Source: Ascidiella aspersa
Taxonomy: Eukaryota
Reading direction: 5' to 3'
DNA length: 64,000 nucleotides
Assembly (NCBI GenBank): GCA_963924565.1
Contig: OZ004608.1
Coordinates: forward strand, 7,688,001 to 7,752,000
Positions 15,301 through 27,371 of the stretch are shown here, in pieces. The first letter of the stretch is position 1; every line of letters starts with the position of its first letter. Both the position numbers and the translations under genes were made by a program. A model generated the notes under the pieces. The model was not told where the DNA came from. It was given only the letters and a program-made list of their open reading frames with translations, and searched no databases.

Positions 15301-16504
15301 AAGTCGGAGTTTAACCTTAATCGCGAAACCCGATTGCTTTGCAAATAATATGTGACTAAGTTGGTTGCCGTCCGAAGTTCGGATGTAATGATTAATATCC
15401 AAGTCCCGCTGGTGTGCTGGTTGCGGGCTTAAAAGGCCGCGGCAAACAAGTAAGGAAAGGCGCTTTGAAGGGATTCAAAAATTTTTAAGCAACTACGACG
15501 GTATTTGGTTGTGCTGCGTAAATAGTTTAAACCTCAGTAACTTTTTATTTTCCAGCGCTTTAGTAAAGTTCATAACGTGAGGGTAAATCTTCTTTCAGAT
15601 AAATCAGAAATTGACACGTTAATTGTAAGAGCTGAATGGGAACAACACCTTTTGAAATTGTAAGTGCTAAATGGGAACAGCACGGGGGGAAATTACGACT
15701 GACAATACCCTAATAAAGCCCCAAAAGATACATGGAGCCCAGCAGATGTAAAATAAGCGTCTTTCTAAGTTGTCTATTCCTTAAAGAGAACATTCCACAC
15801 AAGATCGTAAGGCCGACCGTCAATTGCAGCATATCGAACAAAAGTCACTGGCTCACAAAATAGCTTGAATCTCAACTATCTGACTAGGTCTGATTTGTCA
15901 GTAAGTGAACAAAACCCCTATTCACTATTTTCAATGCACAATAACTTAAAACGTGCATCTGACTTTATCGGTCTAGCCAGAAAGCGAGTAAAAACACAGT
16001 ACCGGTAATAACCCTCAACTCCGAAGACATTTCAACCTGAACGCAAAAATCCAAACGCAACCATAGCGGAAAATCAGCGGGCACTGTTGACACGTCTCCA
16101 ACTTAGCGAAGGCCAATAAAAGCCTTTAACTACAGTAGCATATAGCGCCAACAAAAGACCCGGTATTGCTCGAAAGCCATAGCTCGCTAATAACTAAAGT
16201 TGCCTCGCTAATTCGGTAACCGAGCCACAGGGACTTGACACGGCGGCCCTTCAGCATTTCGCATTAGAAACGCGCAGTTGAAAGAGATAAACGCGGCAGC
16301 GACGAAAATCGATATATTAAAAGCGACCACCCTCCTATCACGCCAGACAAGGGCGTGAAAAGCCTGGTACGAGCGGCAGAATTAAACCCGCCATAAACGA
16401 TGCACCTGCGGCGAAGGCAAGCTGGCAAAATTACGCCTCGTCTTTGATTCTAATGTCTTTGATTTCTAATGTCCTTTTTTGACCTATTTTGTATGTTTTA
16501 GCAA

Positions 16505-16750
16505 AGCAAAGACGAGTATCATATTTATCCCCGATATATAAAATGGTGCTATTTCATGACGTAACAATTAAGTAACTAAGAGATAGAAAGTACTAACAAG
16601 CGAAGCATAACGTTACCGGCACTAGAATACCTACAGCTGGCACAACCGTCAACTGATGTGGATATTTTGCTTGATAGCTCTGTACCCCTTAAAACGAGGA
16701 AATTTACCCCCTGGGGTAAATTGACCCCAGGTTAAGAAAGGCTGCTCTAA
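16505..16750. mobile_element. hAT-like MITE (GGGGTAAA/TTACCCC family); inverted relative at 57290-57680; fragments near 9170, 15060, 24940, 26385, 51438
   Basis: Shares ctgatgtggatatttt, taactaagaga and atataaaatggt blocks with the reverse complement of 57290-57680; end ccaggttaagaaaggctg. Confidence 0.7.
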
Positions 16751-19700
16751 TGGGTTGATATAACGGCGGTCGCTACTATGGCATGTCGCGGAAGTAATAT
16801 GAAACACTATCGCCTGGTGTGTTTCGAAACTACGGCGTTTCGACATATTAAGCGACTGAAATCTCCGTTGTAAGAATGTGGTAGCTGTTTAGGCAGCACA
16901 ATTTACATTTTTTTGAGCTTTGTTCTAATTTTATGTTAACCATTAATTACATTTCATAAATTTCATTCGCTATACAATACCATAATAATAAGTAACGGTT
17001 TGAAACTAAAAGAGCATAACGCATTCCACTTAAAAAAAACTGCTGTTCCAACATTTAAACACGTTTTTTTTTTTACTTTTTAAATTTCAAAGGTACCACT
17101 TTGTAATACTGTATGTGGCCTTTTAAATTGCCAGTGTAATTTGAATACCAACTTCTAATACAGGAAATATATGAAATTGGTAGCCTATAGCGTAAGGTGG
17201 AAAACTTACATATAATACTCATTTTCTGCCTAAATAAATCCATTACTTATTATTAAAATCGTACATAATTTCGAAAAAGTAGCGTAACACCTGTTTTTAA
17301 GGCACAACGAGCTAAAACAAGCGAATCTCCTACGACGTTCCAAAACTAAACTGCAGCTCTCTCTATTTCGTGTGACCAGGTACCGTCAAAAACAATTAGA
17401 GGTAAAGGCCCGGTCGGTGACCGATTTCTGGGCGCAAACAGTGGTCCACTTAAACACAGGAAACCTGTTTAAACAGCATACACAATTATACACACACACG
17501 GGCGCGGTTAGAACTAACGAGCTACACCTGAACTACAGTTGGGGGAAACTTGAGTAGCGAAACTCCAGTAATATTCGCGACTGCGCTCTAACGTTCTTTT
17601 TGAGCCTTGATTTTGCTAGATTCATTCTAAACTGAAATTTAGTCGGTTTTCTGTGTAGGCTGATATCTGCCCGCACACATTATTTGTACACCCGAGTGAA
17701 AACCATAGAGTAGCAATATCCAAGCCCATAGAGAAGAGACACCGTTAAAAACGTATAACAGATTCCAAACGATCCAAATGTTACCTTCTTCTATATGGAC
17801 TTGGATGTTCCTGCTATGTCTTCCATAAACCTCCAACGCTACCGGATGAAAATGGATTCGCTTACTTAGTTGTTATTTACTGGGTAATAGCGTGTGAAAT
17901 CTCTAAAAATCAAAGCTCCCAAATTTAGGTTAAAATACTGAAAAACTAAAACCTAAAAAGACTAGCTCGAAACTCCGCAGTCTAGGTACTTATTTGCTTT
18001 TGTAAAAAGGCACGATGTACGCTTGATGCTATCTCGTAATCTAAACTCCAGCGAACCAGAAGATAGCGTTTAACTTAGTCATCAAGTTCTCAAGGCCAGT
18101 CGACTGCCAGCTCTAAAACAATACAAGCACCGTGGGACAACGACTAAAGTTAAAACTGCATGTCGGTCCGAAAACATTCTCTCTGGCATAAGGCTAACAC
18201 AATTACCAGTGCCCTGATGGCCTGTTGTAACTGTAAACGGCCCAAACCGAGCTATGCAGACAGTGGGTCACGTTTGGATAGGAGAAGGGCGTTCAGGTTA
18301 GCCTCTGTTTGTGCCAACTTCGACTATCTTTACCTTGGAACATCGGTTTCGCTTAACCACAGCGATAACGGAGCTTTACGGTTTTGTGCTCCATCTAATC
18401 TGCCTTTCAAAGTCTGTTCCACAGCGCCGAGCTACATCTGGAGCGGACCGCAGACCGACAGCCCGGCTGAAATGTGCTGCCAGCTGGTTGCGACACAATT
18501 TCTTAAGAGACCGCCATTCTAGAACACAAGTTCAACAACGATATGGCCATTGTTTATCAAGAAAGCGTGCACTGTTAATCTGATTGTACGGCGTGGGTAC
18601 ACATTATGCTGCAGTGTGTTTCAAACAAAAGAAATCAAAACGTTTGACACACCAGGCTTCATACAAAAGGTCTGCCAACGCCGCTGTTTAATTAGTCGGT
18701 TTAAAGCCGAAGCTATAGTATTGATGGCATATTCTCAAGGGTGCTGCAATTACGCACGTACAGTCAGCATTGTCACAGCCTGCGGTATAGTACATGTAAG
18801 GCTAGAATCGTAACAATACTTTAGGCTGCTTCAAAATGGTGTTCCAAACATCGTTTTGCTTTCGCGATAGCCCTACATATTGCCAGAGATAACGACTAGA
18901 AACAGAGACAGCAGTTGTACTCCCACAAATAACCAGACTGCGACCATGGTTGCCTACAACAGGGCACGGCGTCAGTATATCGGAGAAAGAGCCAATATTG
19001 ACTTTCGGGCATTGCGTACCAAACCGCCGAAAAGCAAACAAACTGTTGGATGCCGAATGCGCCCAACCCTTTCAAACAAAACCGAACTATGCCGGTTTTT
19101 GAAGGCTCGACAACGCTTTAAAATCGCATTTCAAACACAGCAAGCTTTAAAAGAACTTGCCTGTTACGTAATACAGGATTTGTTTTAGAGGTAAGTATTC
19201 GAATTGCTAACAAACACAGTACACTAGACCTGGGTAACTCAAACTGAGGGTTACCAGGGTACATAAAACAATTTCACACAAAGCCCTACATTTCTATCTA
19301 ATGTACCTTTTTCGACTTGCGATATGTAGATGTTAACACTGATAAAACACGGTCCTAAACTGAGCTGCAATTTACTTCAACAAATGTGTAAAGAACACAA
19401 TAGGTACCTTCTGTTTAACCAACCATTTGACCCTCAAGGTGGTAAGAAGGTAATAATTAGGGTCGCACATTAAGCACTGACCTAGACAAAAACTTGCCTC
19501 GTAAAGAAAACTTTCAAATTACCGTAGTCGTTTTACCTGCCCCAGCCGAGCAAAAAACCTTCAGGAAGTTACGAGCGGTACTCAAACGTCAGGCATTGAT
19601 TTTCTCTCTAGGTTTTCATTTCCCAAAACCGCCCGCGAGACAATTTAGCTGTCTCTTGCCCGCACAGCACAGGGTTAGTCTAATTTAAAGCAGAGAAGAT

Positions 19701-22700
19701 CTCAGACCGACGACTACTGAACTCATCAGTCAACGCCAAGGCTGGGCCCTCCGGAATGTTGATGGTTGCTAGGTGGCCGTTATTGAAACAACAACATACC
19801 TAGCTTTTAAACTTACAACGAAAGCATGACTTGGCGGTGTGTTGCCGAAAGCAAGTACGTTCGTAGTGTCCAGCCTCAATCTCGTAATACGAAAACTGTA
19901 GGAAAACATATTAGTGAAAAATATTTATTTAACGCATTAGTGAAAAACTTTTTGTCGTTCCAACAAATTTAATAAAGCAATTCACAATTAAGAATACCCA
20001 ATATTATAAACTGGATCACCAATACTGTAATCACGCTTTGTGTGCTGTATTTTATCGACATATTAAGTAATTACGTTTTGGTGTAAAGTACTGCGATTTT
20101 ACCCATAAATTTATTCATCTGAATCAATGATACTCAAACTGTGTGCCGCGCAGCGGTTTGTAGTTTTGGAAAATACTACAAAATGCATATTGATAAGTAT
20201 TCTAGAACTAGACTATAATTCACACTAGCAAAAGAAAAAAATAAGATTATAAAATTCACAATTATCTTGCAGGTGTATAATATTGTGGTATAATAATATA
20301 GTTTGGTAAGGAGGTCTGACGCAAATTGTGCTTCAAGTTTTCTAAGTGTGCTGCAAGCTAAAGAAGTTTGAGAAGCACTGAGTACAAAGTAGGCTACTCT
20401 TCTTACCAATACACATCTAAATGTAAGAAGATAGTTTGATCAAATGGAAAATGTTAGCTAAATTCGATATTACTTAGCATGAATGTAATTTCCTGTTTTT
20501 AAACTATAGTTGGCGTACAAAACATAGGCCTACAACACATTCTCTTGGGAGCTTTAAACAGTTAAACTTAATATTTGTTGTTAACTTTACCGAAAATCCA
20601 TTCTTCTGCCAGAAATTAACACTAAAAGTTAGTGCTTAAACTGGTGGATTCTACTTCACATTTAATACATTTGGCAAAAAAACGAGAAAATTCCAACATG
20701 TTTAAGCAAAAACGGAAGAAATTGCTTGCATCTGCAGCGACCTCTTGCGGTAATATATTACTAGTTATTAAATGTTTTTTTACTTTCCAATATCGATGTT
20801 GACAGTCCAGTGCGAGAAAAACAATCTCATATCTCATTTCAAAGTTACTGTGCAACACCTTTGATTGATATATTTTTTGTAGAATTACATTTGCCAGAAG
20901 AGCTCTACAAACTTGATATTTTTTGTAGGTTAACGTGTTACACACCTAAACAAATAATGTGCTATGCAAAAATCGTTTTAGTCAAAGCTGACATCTAATG
21001 ACTAGATTTTACGAAAAGTGATAGGATATTTTTCTCTGCAAATCGGACACTTACATAAAAACAACTTTAGTGATGCATGCTGTCCTTTGCGTATGTTAAA
21101 AAAACACTGATTACGAATTAACGTAAGAAGCAACAAAAAGTTAAAGAGCCTTGATTGGTTGTTTCTTGTTATTGCGAAAGTTGCTTTCAACATTACGCAA
21201 AATACATACGCCTGAAACCTGCATCTGTGGTAAATTGTCACATTTCGTGCTAGATGACTAGGTTGTTATTACGCCTGGGGGCAAACGGCAATTTAAATTT
21301 CTCCTGGAACGTAAATGGCCGGTGCAGAAATGTATGTAGTTTCCTGCAGATCGAACGAAATACAACGCGTTTTTAGTATTTTCAAGCTCGATTTGAAAAC
21401 TCGTCTATTGAATGGTCTGCGAAAGAGGAGGCTGTGCTAACTTTTGATGTGATATAAATGAATTATTTTTACTTTCTTTCGCTACCAATAGTAATGTCTT
21501 GTAAGTTTCCCATCCAAACTTAAACTTCCACATAAAAAACTGCTGAAAATTTGATAAAGATACGTTAGCAAATTAACAAACATCTTCAACCGTTGACAGA
21601 TTTAATAAAAAAAGTCAATCAAAAACTTACAATGTTAAACAATTATTACAAATGTTGTAATAGCCTCTGTATGCTAAAGTGCTTTTCAGCGAAACTTTCA
21701 ACTAATCAATTTTATTTTCTTCCATACATTGCTTCCGCCTCTCGAAATCAATACGTTTCTCGACTAAAAAAAACACTTACCATTGAGTCGCAGGTTTCCG
21801 TTCAGGCAAGGCCGTTTTGGCGGGCCCCGAGGCTATCGCACCGTAACTGGAAAAGTAGCGACAATAAAGCGATTACGCGGCGCTGCGATACATTCCCGTC
21901 GGCTGTAACGCTTGGAAAACACAGTCCAACTTGCGTTGGCCAAGCTCGTGCCATGTAATGCACTGTTTTGACTGCATAAGTTACCTTTGTTTTAGGTTTG
22001 ACGTAAGCTCCGGATATTTTTGGCCATACATTCTCTTATATGATTTGAAGGATGATAATGACTCCATTTGAAGGGTTAGATCACAGTCGTTGTACGAGTA
22101 TATGTTTGTCTGTTTCATTCATGCTTCAAAAGTTTCCTAATTTTATTAACTGAATTTGCTTTGAACGATAGAATTGGTATAAATTAAAAACCTTCTAAGA
22201 AAATGTATATAGTAAACATTTTTTTATGCAGTTTGATCGCCAACTGAAGAAGTTCAGTTTGTCATAAGTTGTTCGCGCTACACATTTAATGTGTCTGGCC
22301 GTTCAATATGTATCGCATCATTTTCTTTAAATGTTTATTCCACGTTTGAATATACAAAAACCGCACACCCTGTCTAGTTTGATATTATTTTCATTCTTTC
22401 ATATCTGAAGAATATTATTATTTCATTATTTAGTTTTTTTTTTAATTCACATCTGTGCAATAATATTAGCAAATAAATAATTTACTACACCAGCTTATTG
22501 GATTTTGTATAAATATATTTTAAATATATAATGATATATTTTGTTATGTAAACTTTATTAGATTATTGTTGAAAAACATTATTGTCGTAGTTATATGTCA
22601 CAACAAATTTACCCTATCTACCCCAACACGTAAACACAAATACAAGCAATGTCATAGTTTTCTGTTTCTGGTTATTTTTATTGATGATCACATGAATAAA

Positions 22701-23100
22701 CAACGGATCCACGAAGATACTTTGTTTTCACTTCTCGGTGCATCTGAAATTAAATAAGCAAGTATTGAGTGAGACTAATACACTTAATAATTTTGTTATA
22801 AAATGATAAAGTTGATATTTATAAACGTAAGGTTGTAATAGGAAAAGTTTTATTTTCTACCCACCTTTGTTTATCACTACTCCTCTTGTTCGAAACAATT
22901 TTTTTATCTGAGAAACAAGTTAATTGTGTTAAAGTAGAATATGTTTCTTTACCTCTAAGGCAAGCATGTTTGGTTTACCCAGGAGTCTGGGATTTATATT
23001 TAAAGAGATATAAAAATAGCAGTCCACAAGTCGGGCGACCCAAAGTATTTTGCAGCATGTTTTAAACTTAAACGTTTAATGTAATTTAAATTAGCAAAAG

Positions 23101-23373
23101 TTATAGGGCTAAAAGGAAAAACAACGAGGACAGATATGTCAACAACGCTATTGAAGAATAGATATTACCTGCTTTGGAGTTGTTACCCAATTTCTTTTTA
23201 CAGGAAGCAATGCATCTGTTGCTGCACCCTCGGCCACTACCAAAACCACCGGACGTTTCTATACAGGATATATAGCATTTGTCAACGCATTCATTTAAGG
23301 TCTCGGCTTTTACGCTATGATCAACTAGAAGTAGGAGGCCAAGTAAAAGGGTGGTCATAACAAACTTGTTCAT
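23101..23373 (-). CDS. Small secreted, probably GPI-anchored cysteine-rich protein (90 aa), family not recognised
   Basis: MNKFVMTTLLLGLLLLVDHSVKA signal peptide; CVDKCYISC and CSNRCIASC; hydrophobic C-terminal tail ending at the stop. The ATG directly follows acceptor ttttcag|. A 76-nt intron (23374-23449) with donor AAG|gtaagt links to a non-coding exon starting near an Inr-like TCAGTT (23481-23486). AATAAA at 22849-22854 (minus). Confidence 0.8.
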   Translation of the reverse strand: MNKFVMTTLLLGLLLLVDHSVKAETLNECVDKCYISCIETSGGFGSGRGCSNRCIASCKKKLGNNSKAGNIYSSIALLTYLSSLFFLLAL

Positions 23374-23589
23374 CTGAAAAACATGCAAGATTTTACATAG
23401 TTGATTAAAGCGGTTCAACCACTAACACATGTCAATTACTGACACTTACCTTGTTGTTTCAACTTGTCAGTTGTGGCGCCAACTGAGGCATTTCAGCACA
23501 ATTTAAAGGTTTTAAACAATGAGCTGACCTTTGGTTCGTAGAAGTATGTGGAGAATGGTAGTAACTGATTGACACCCAAGCAGAAAATT

Positions 23590-24255
23590 AAGTAGAAATA
23601 CTGCGGATTTGTTTATAGCGGCATTTGAAATCGTTTGTACATTGTACTATTTATTTTTTTTTAAATCTGAATAATATATTCAGCAGATAATTTACTAAAA
23701 CACATTGATGATTTGTTTTTATTTGTTTTTATTCAAAGGCAAGTTTGAACTGTTAAATTATTTTATACTATTTTCTTTCTTTGAACTCTGAACATTTCTG
23801 TCAGCAGATATTTTACTAGAAACTTTGCGGATTTGCTTTCATTGAAAGAGGCAACTTTGGATAGTTGCATTATTTTATGTTGTTCTCTTTCTTTGAAATT
23901 TGAACATTACCATCAGCAGATAATTTACTGGAAACATTGGGGAATTGTTTTTCATATAGGCTAAAGTCAACTTTGACTAGTTGGATTATTTTGTATTATT
24001 TTCTTTCTTTAAAATCTGGATATTAATATCATCAGCAGATTATGTTGAGGACAATTGCGGATTTGCTTTTACTCAAAGTCAACTTTTAATAATTGCATTA
24101 TTTTATACTGGGCTACGTTTTTTCTTTGAAATCTATACATTAGTATCAGTAGACAATTTACTAGAAACATTGAGGATTTGTTTTTATTTAAAATCAACTT
24201 TGAACAGTTCAACTTTTAAACAGTTGATTTCTGATTAAAATTGGGGATTGTTTTT
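23590..24255. repeat. Degenerate tandem array, about 115-120 bp unit, 5-6 copies
   Basis: Anchor cag(c/t)aga at 23681, 23802, 23914, 24033 and 24147, each followed by ..gaaacattg.ggatttg..caacttt. Confidence 0.85.
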
Positions 24256-27240
24256 TTGACGTTGTTTGTAACTTGCAAAGAAAGCCCCGGCTATTTTTAA
24301 CTACAAAATGTTCGAGTTGTGATGTGCTAGATCACAGTCGTTGTAAAAGGTTGTGTTTTTTTGTGTCTTTCATATTTTAAAAGTTTATTTTTTCCAATTA
24401 TATGAAATGTATTTGCTTTAAACGATAGAACTACTGTGGTTTATTAGCTAGTTTTATCGCGTTACAACGGTTGAATTGCAGCAACATCAATATACATCAC
24501 ACATTTTTTCTTCACTACGAGAAACGTCTACGCAAAAAGCCTATTGGACGCCAAGTAGTTTCCTTAAAGTAAAACGCCTGGCTGTTCATTGATCATTTTT
24601 CGTCTTGACATTAAAGATGGCATGCGGAAATGGCATTTCGTGTTTTCAGTGCTTCTCAGGTTAACATCTCTTTATTTGTGAAAGATATCTTGATTTCACA
24701 CCATGTATATATAAATAAGCTACACCAGCGCTATTTAAAATTTTTAGTTTTGTTCACCCCTAGCATCCATCTCCAGATTTCATTCACCCTTGTCTTTTGA
24801 TATGATAAAATTATCTCGTTTATATATAACAGCACACCCGGAATATCCGCCCTGCTTGCAAGCTATCATACATTTTTGACGGTTCATCCTTATTCACCTC
24901 TTTTGGTGGGTTCACCACTGCAAACATTTAATTCACCCTGGGGTAAACTATTCACCTGATTAAGAAACAAAGGGCTACACTATACAGCCCAGAGGTCCAC
25001 TCTTATATTTTTAATAGTACGGCAAACCTAAAACATAAATAGCTGTTCAGCTTTCTTTCAAAACGTTTCTTTATTTAGATAAAACATCTCGTTGCTAAAT
25101 CTCTTTTATTGGTGAATCGACGCGACAACAATAAAATAACAGTATGTTGTTCAAAGAAAAAAGGCGGGTAGGGTATAATAGGCGACATTAACGCATTTTG
25201 AGTAAACTTCTGCTGTTCAGGTTTGGAAAGACAGCTTTGGGTGACGAAACGAAACTAAGTTTATTTATAGGTGAAACGAAAAAATCGGCCAAAGGGCGCG
25301 GGCGAAAAAACAAACGCCAACTAAAATCCTGGGTACAGCGACAAAAATTAGAGTCGAACGCTAGAAAAAAGGCACAGGAATTGCTCTTGGAATCAAAAGG
25401 AAAAATCACGCGAAAATAAAGACGAGGAAGTCTGTAAGGCGTCGCAATTGTCGGCAAACTGCTCTGTTGGAAATTTTCTTTTGGCGGTTTTAGTGCAAAC
25501 TTTTTCTTTGCGCGTGACGTTACAAATCGGTGAACGTTACGTCATTAAAGGCATGGGGTAAAAAACGAAGCGCCGCTTAAAGCTCCCACGAAACCTTACT
25601 TATGAAGATTGGGGATGGCTGATACTTCCAGTCTTATTTTGATACAGGGTTGTTTAGGCATAAAGTTGGACTGTCCAATCCGATAACGGTCTTTAACATT
25701 TAAAACGAAAATAAATTAATTACATTTTAATAAAGATTAGTTGTTACTTCGAAAATGAACCTATTATTCCTGACCAACACATCCCCAGGAGTCTAAAAGT
25801 CGCGTATGGACACTTACTGTACAATGGAAGAAATAAATGACCTAAATGTTATCGCGTTAGTTGCAATACCAGTGTATCGAGTACGAAAACCTTAATAGCT
25901 TAGGGATTAGATTCAAAATTATTGAACATTCCTATCCTAATAGGCCGTATTTTCCATCTCAACAGGAAATATTTCCTATCTTAATAGTTCATCGTACAGA
26001 TGCTGCTTTTTAGCTTTGAATTTTTGCGACACGTTGCTAAAAAAATAAACTCACAACAACAACACGCCCAATCGTCACAGTCTAGGCGACCTTTTACCTA
26101 CAAATGTGCTACTGTACACAAGTCCTAAGAAAAGGCAATCAAAACATCGACAACAAGCACCTCCTACTAGCGTTCGAAGGCGCAATATTTTCGAGCCGCG
26201 AGATGGCAGTGTCGAGCTGGGCGAACGCAAGAAGAGGCGGCGACTGCAGAGGTGGAAACAATAAGTGGAGTGAGTAGAGTAAGAGAGGTTGCGCACGTTT
26301 ATTGCATTAGTCCGGTTCGTACACACAGCTGCTAGAAAGGCCCCTATTTTAAAAGTTGTTGAACCAATGGCGTTATTACTATTATCAGTGGTTCTTAAAA
26401 GTTATTGAGTATCATTACCCTGGGGAAAACTTGATAGACTTCAAATAATTAACTACTTATTTGCGTTTATTGTCCATATTTTTTTCAATTTACCAATTGT
26501 ATGCTGCAACTGCTTGCTGCTAAACAGCAAGTAAGAAAAATCCAAAGTTAAAATTAACGCCAGAAAAATAATGAATTAGCTTTAGGGGTTATTATCAACA
26601 GTTCAAAAACCACGCGTTTTCGTATCTTCAGCCAAAATAATTAAAAATTGGGCCAAAAAGCTATAAAAAAATTATAATCGTTATCTTGAGAGCGCGTATC
26701 ACTCCACCTATTTCGAATTTTCGCATTTGTAAACAGAAAATGAAAAATTCGATACGATTTTGAGCTGAAGAGCGGTCATTCCTAGCAACAAGAACATACA
26801 GAACGGAGGCGGAAAATCAAGATGATTAGCAGCGAGCGGAGAAGTGGTTACAAAACTTACAGCTGATTCACAGTTCGTCGAAAGTTGTCATTTCGGATGA
26901 AAAACGAAAATTTCACCGACTTTTTGAGTCGCGTTTTCTATCGCTGTTTTAACGATCGGATCATCGTCGAAGCGCATCACGAATGACGTCACATAAATGG
27001 ATCGCGTGACGTCACAAAAATAGATCGCGTGACGTCACAGAGTTTGAAAGGGCGACCGGAGGGCTTCGGCAGCGGTTAGGCGTGAAACCGCTCGGTCGCC
27101 GAAATTTAGGTGAAAAATATTCCACGTTTTATCCAGTGAGGCTTTAAAACGTGACTTTTCACAGCAGTAAAAACTCTCTTTTAGAGAAAAAGTCCAAAAG
27201 TCGATAACTTCTGACGTTTTTGAACTTCGTTTCCTGCTTG

Positions 27241-27371
27241 TTACTGCTGTTGTAGTTTCCCGCCAGACATCACCTCGTTCAACAGCGCCACCTTGCCATT
27301 AATCTGTCCAGCGTCTCCCGGGGAATTCCCGTCGCCGAGAGCCGCCTCCGCGCTGCGTTTCAGACCTTTTT
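27241..27371 (-). CDS. RFX1/2/3: RFX terminal coding exon ([12 protein letters not shown]...GKLQQQ*)
   Basis: Strong acceptor ctttcttttgcag|, GC-rich, in-phase TAA at 27241-27243. Confidence 0.85.

Noticed and set aside
17639-19188. Cluster of ORFs as a transposon or gene remnant
   Set aside because: No transposase, reverse transcriptase or other motif recognisable in any frame.
205-22000. Numerous 60-125 aa ORFs in the ORF track
   Set aside because: No recognisable domains, many non-ATG starts, and no chain of phase-compatible exons; consistent with chance ORFs.
23590-24255. Tandem array as a CRISPR-like repeat-spacer structure
   Set aside because: Whole units are homologous and degenerate; there is no constant repeat with unique spacers.
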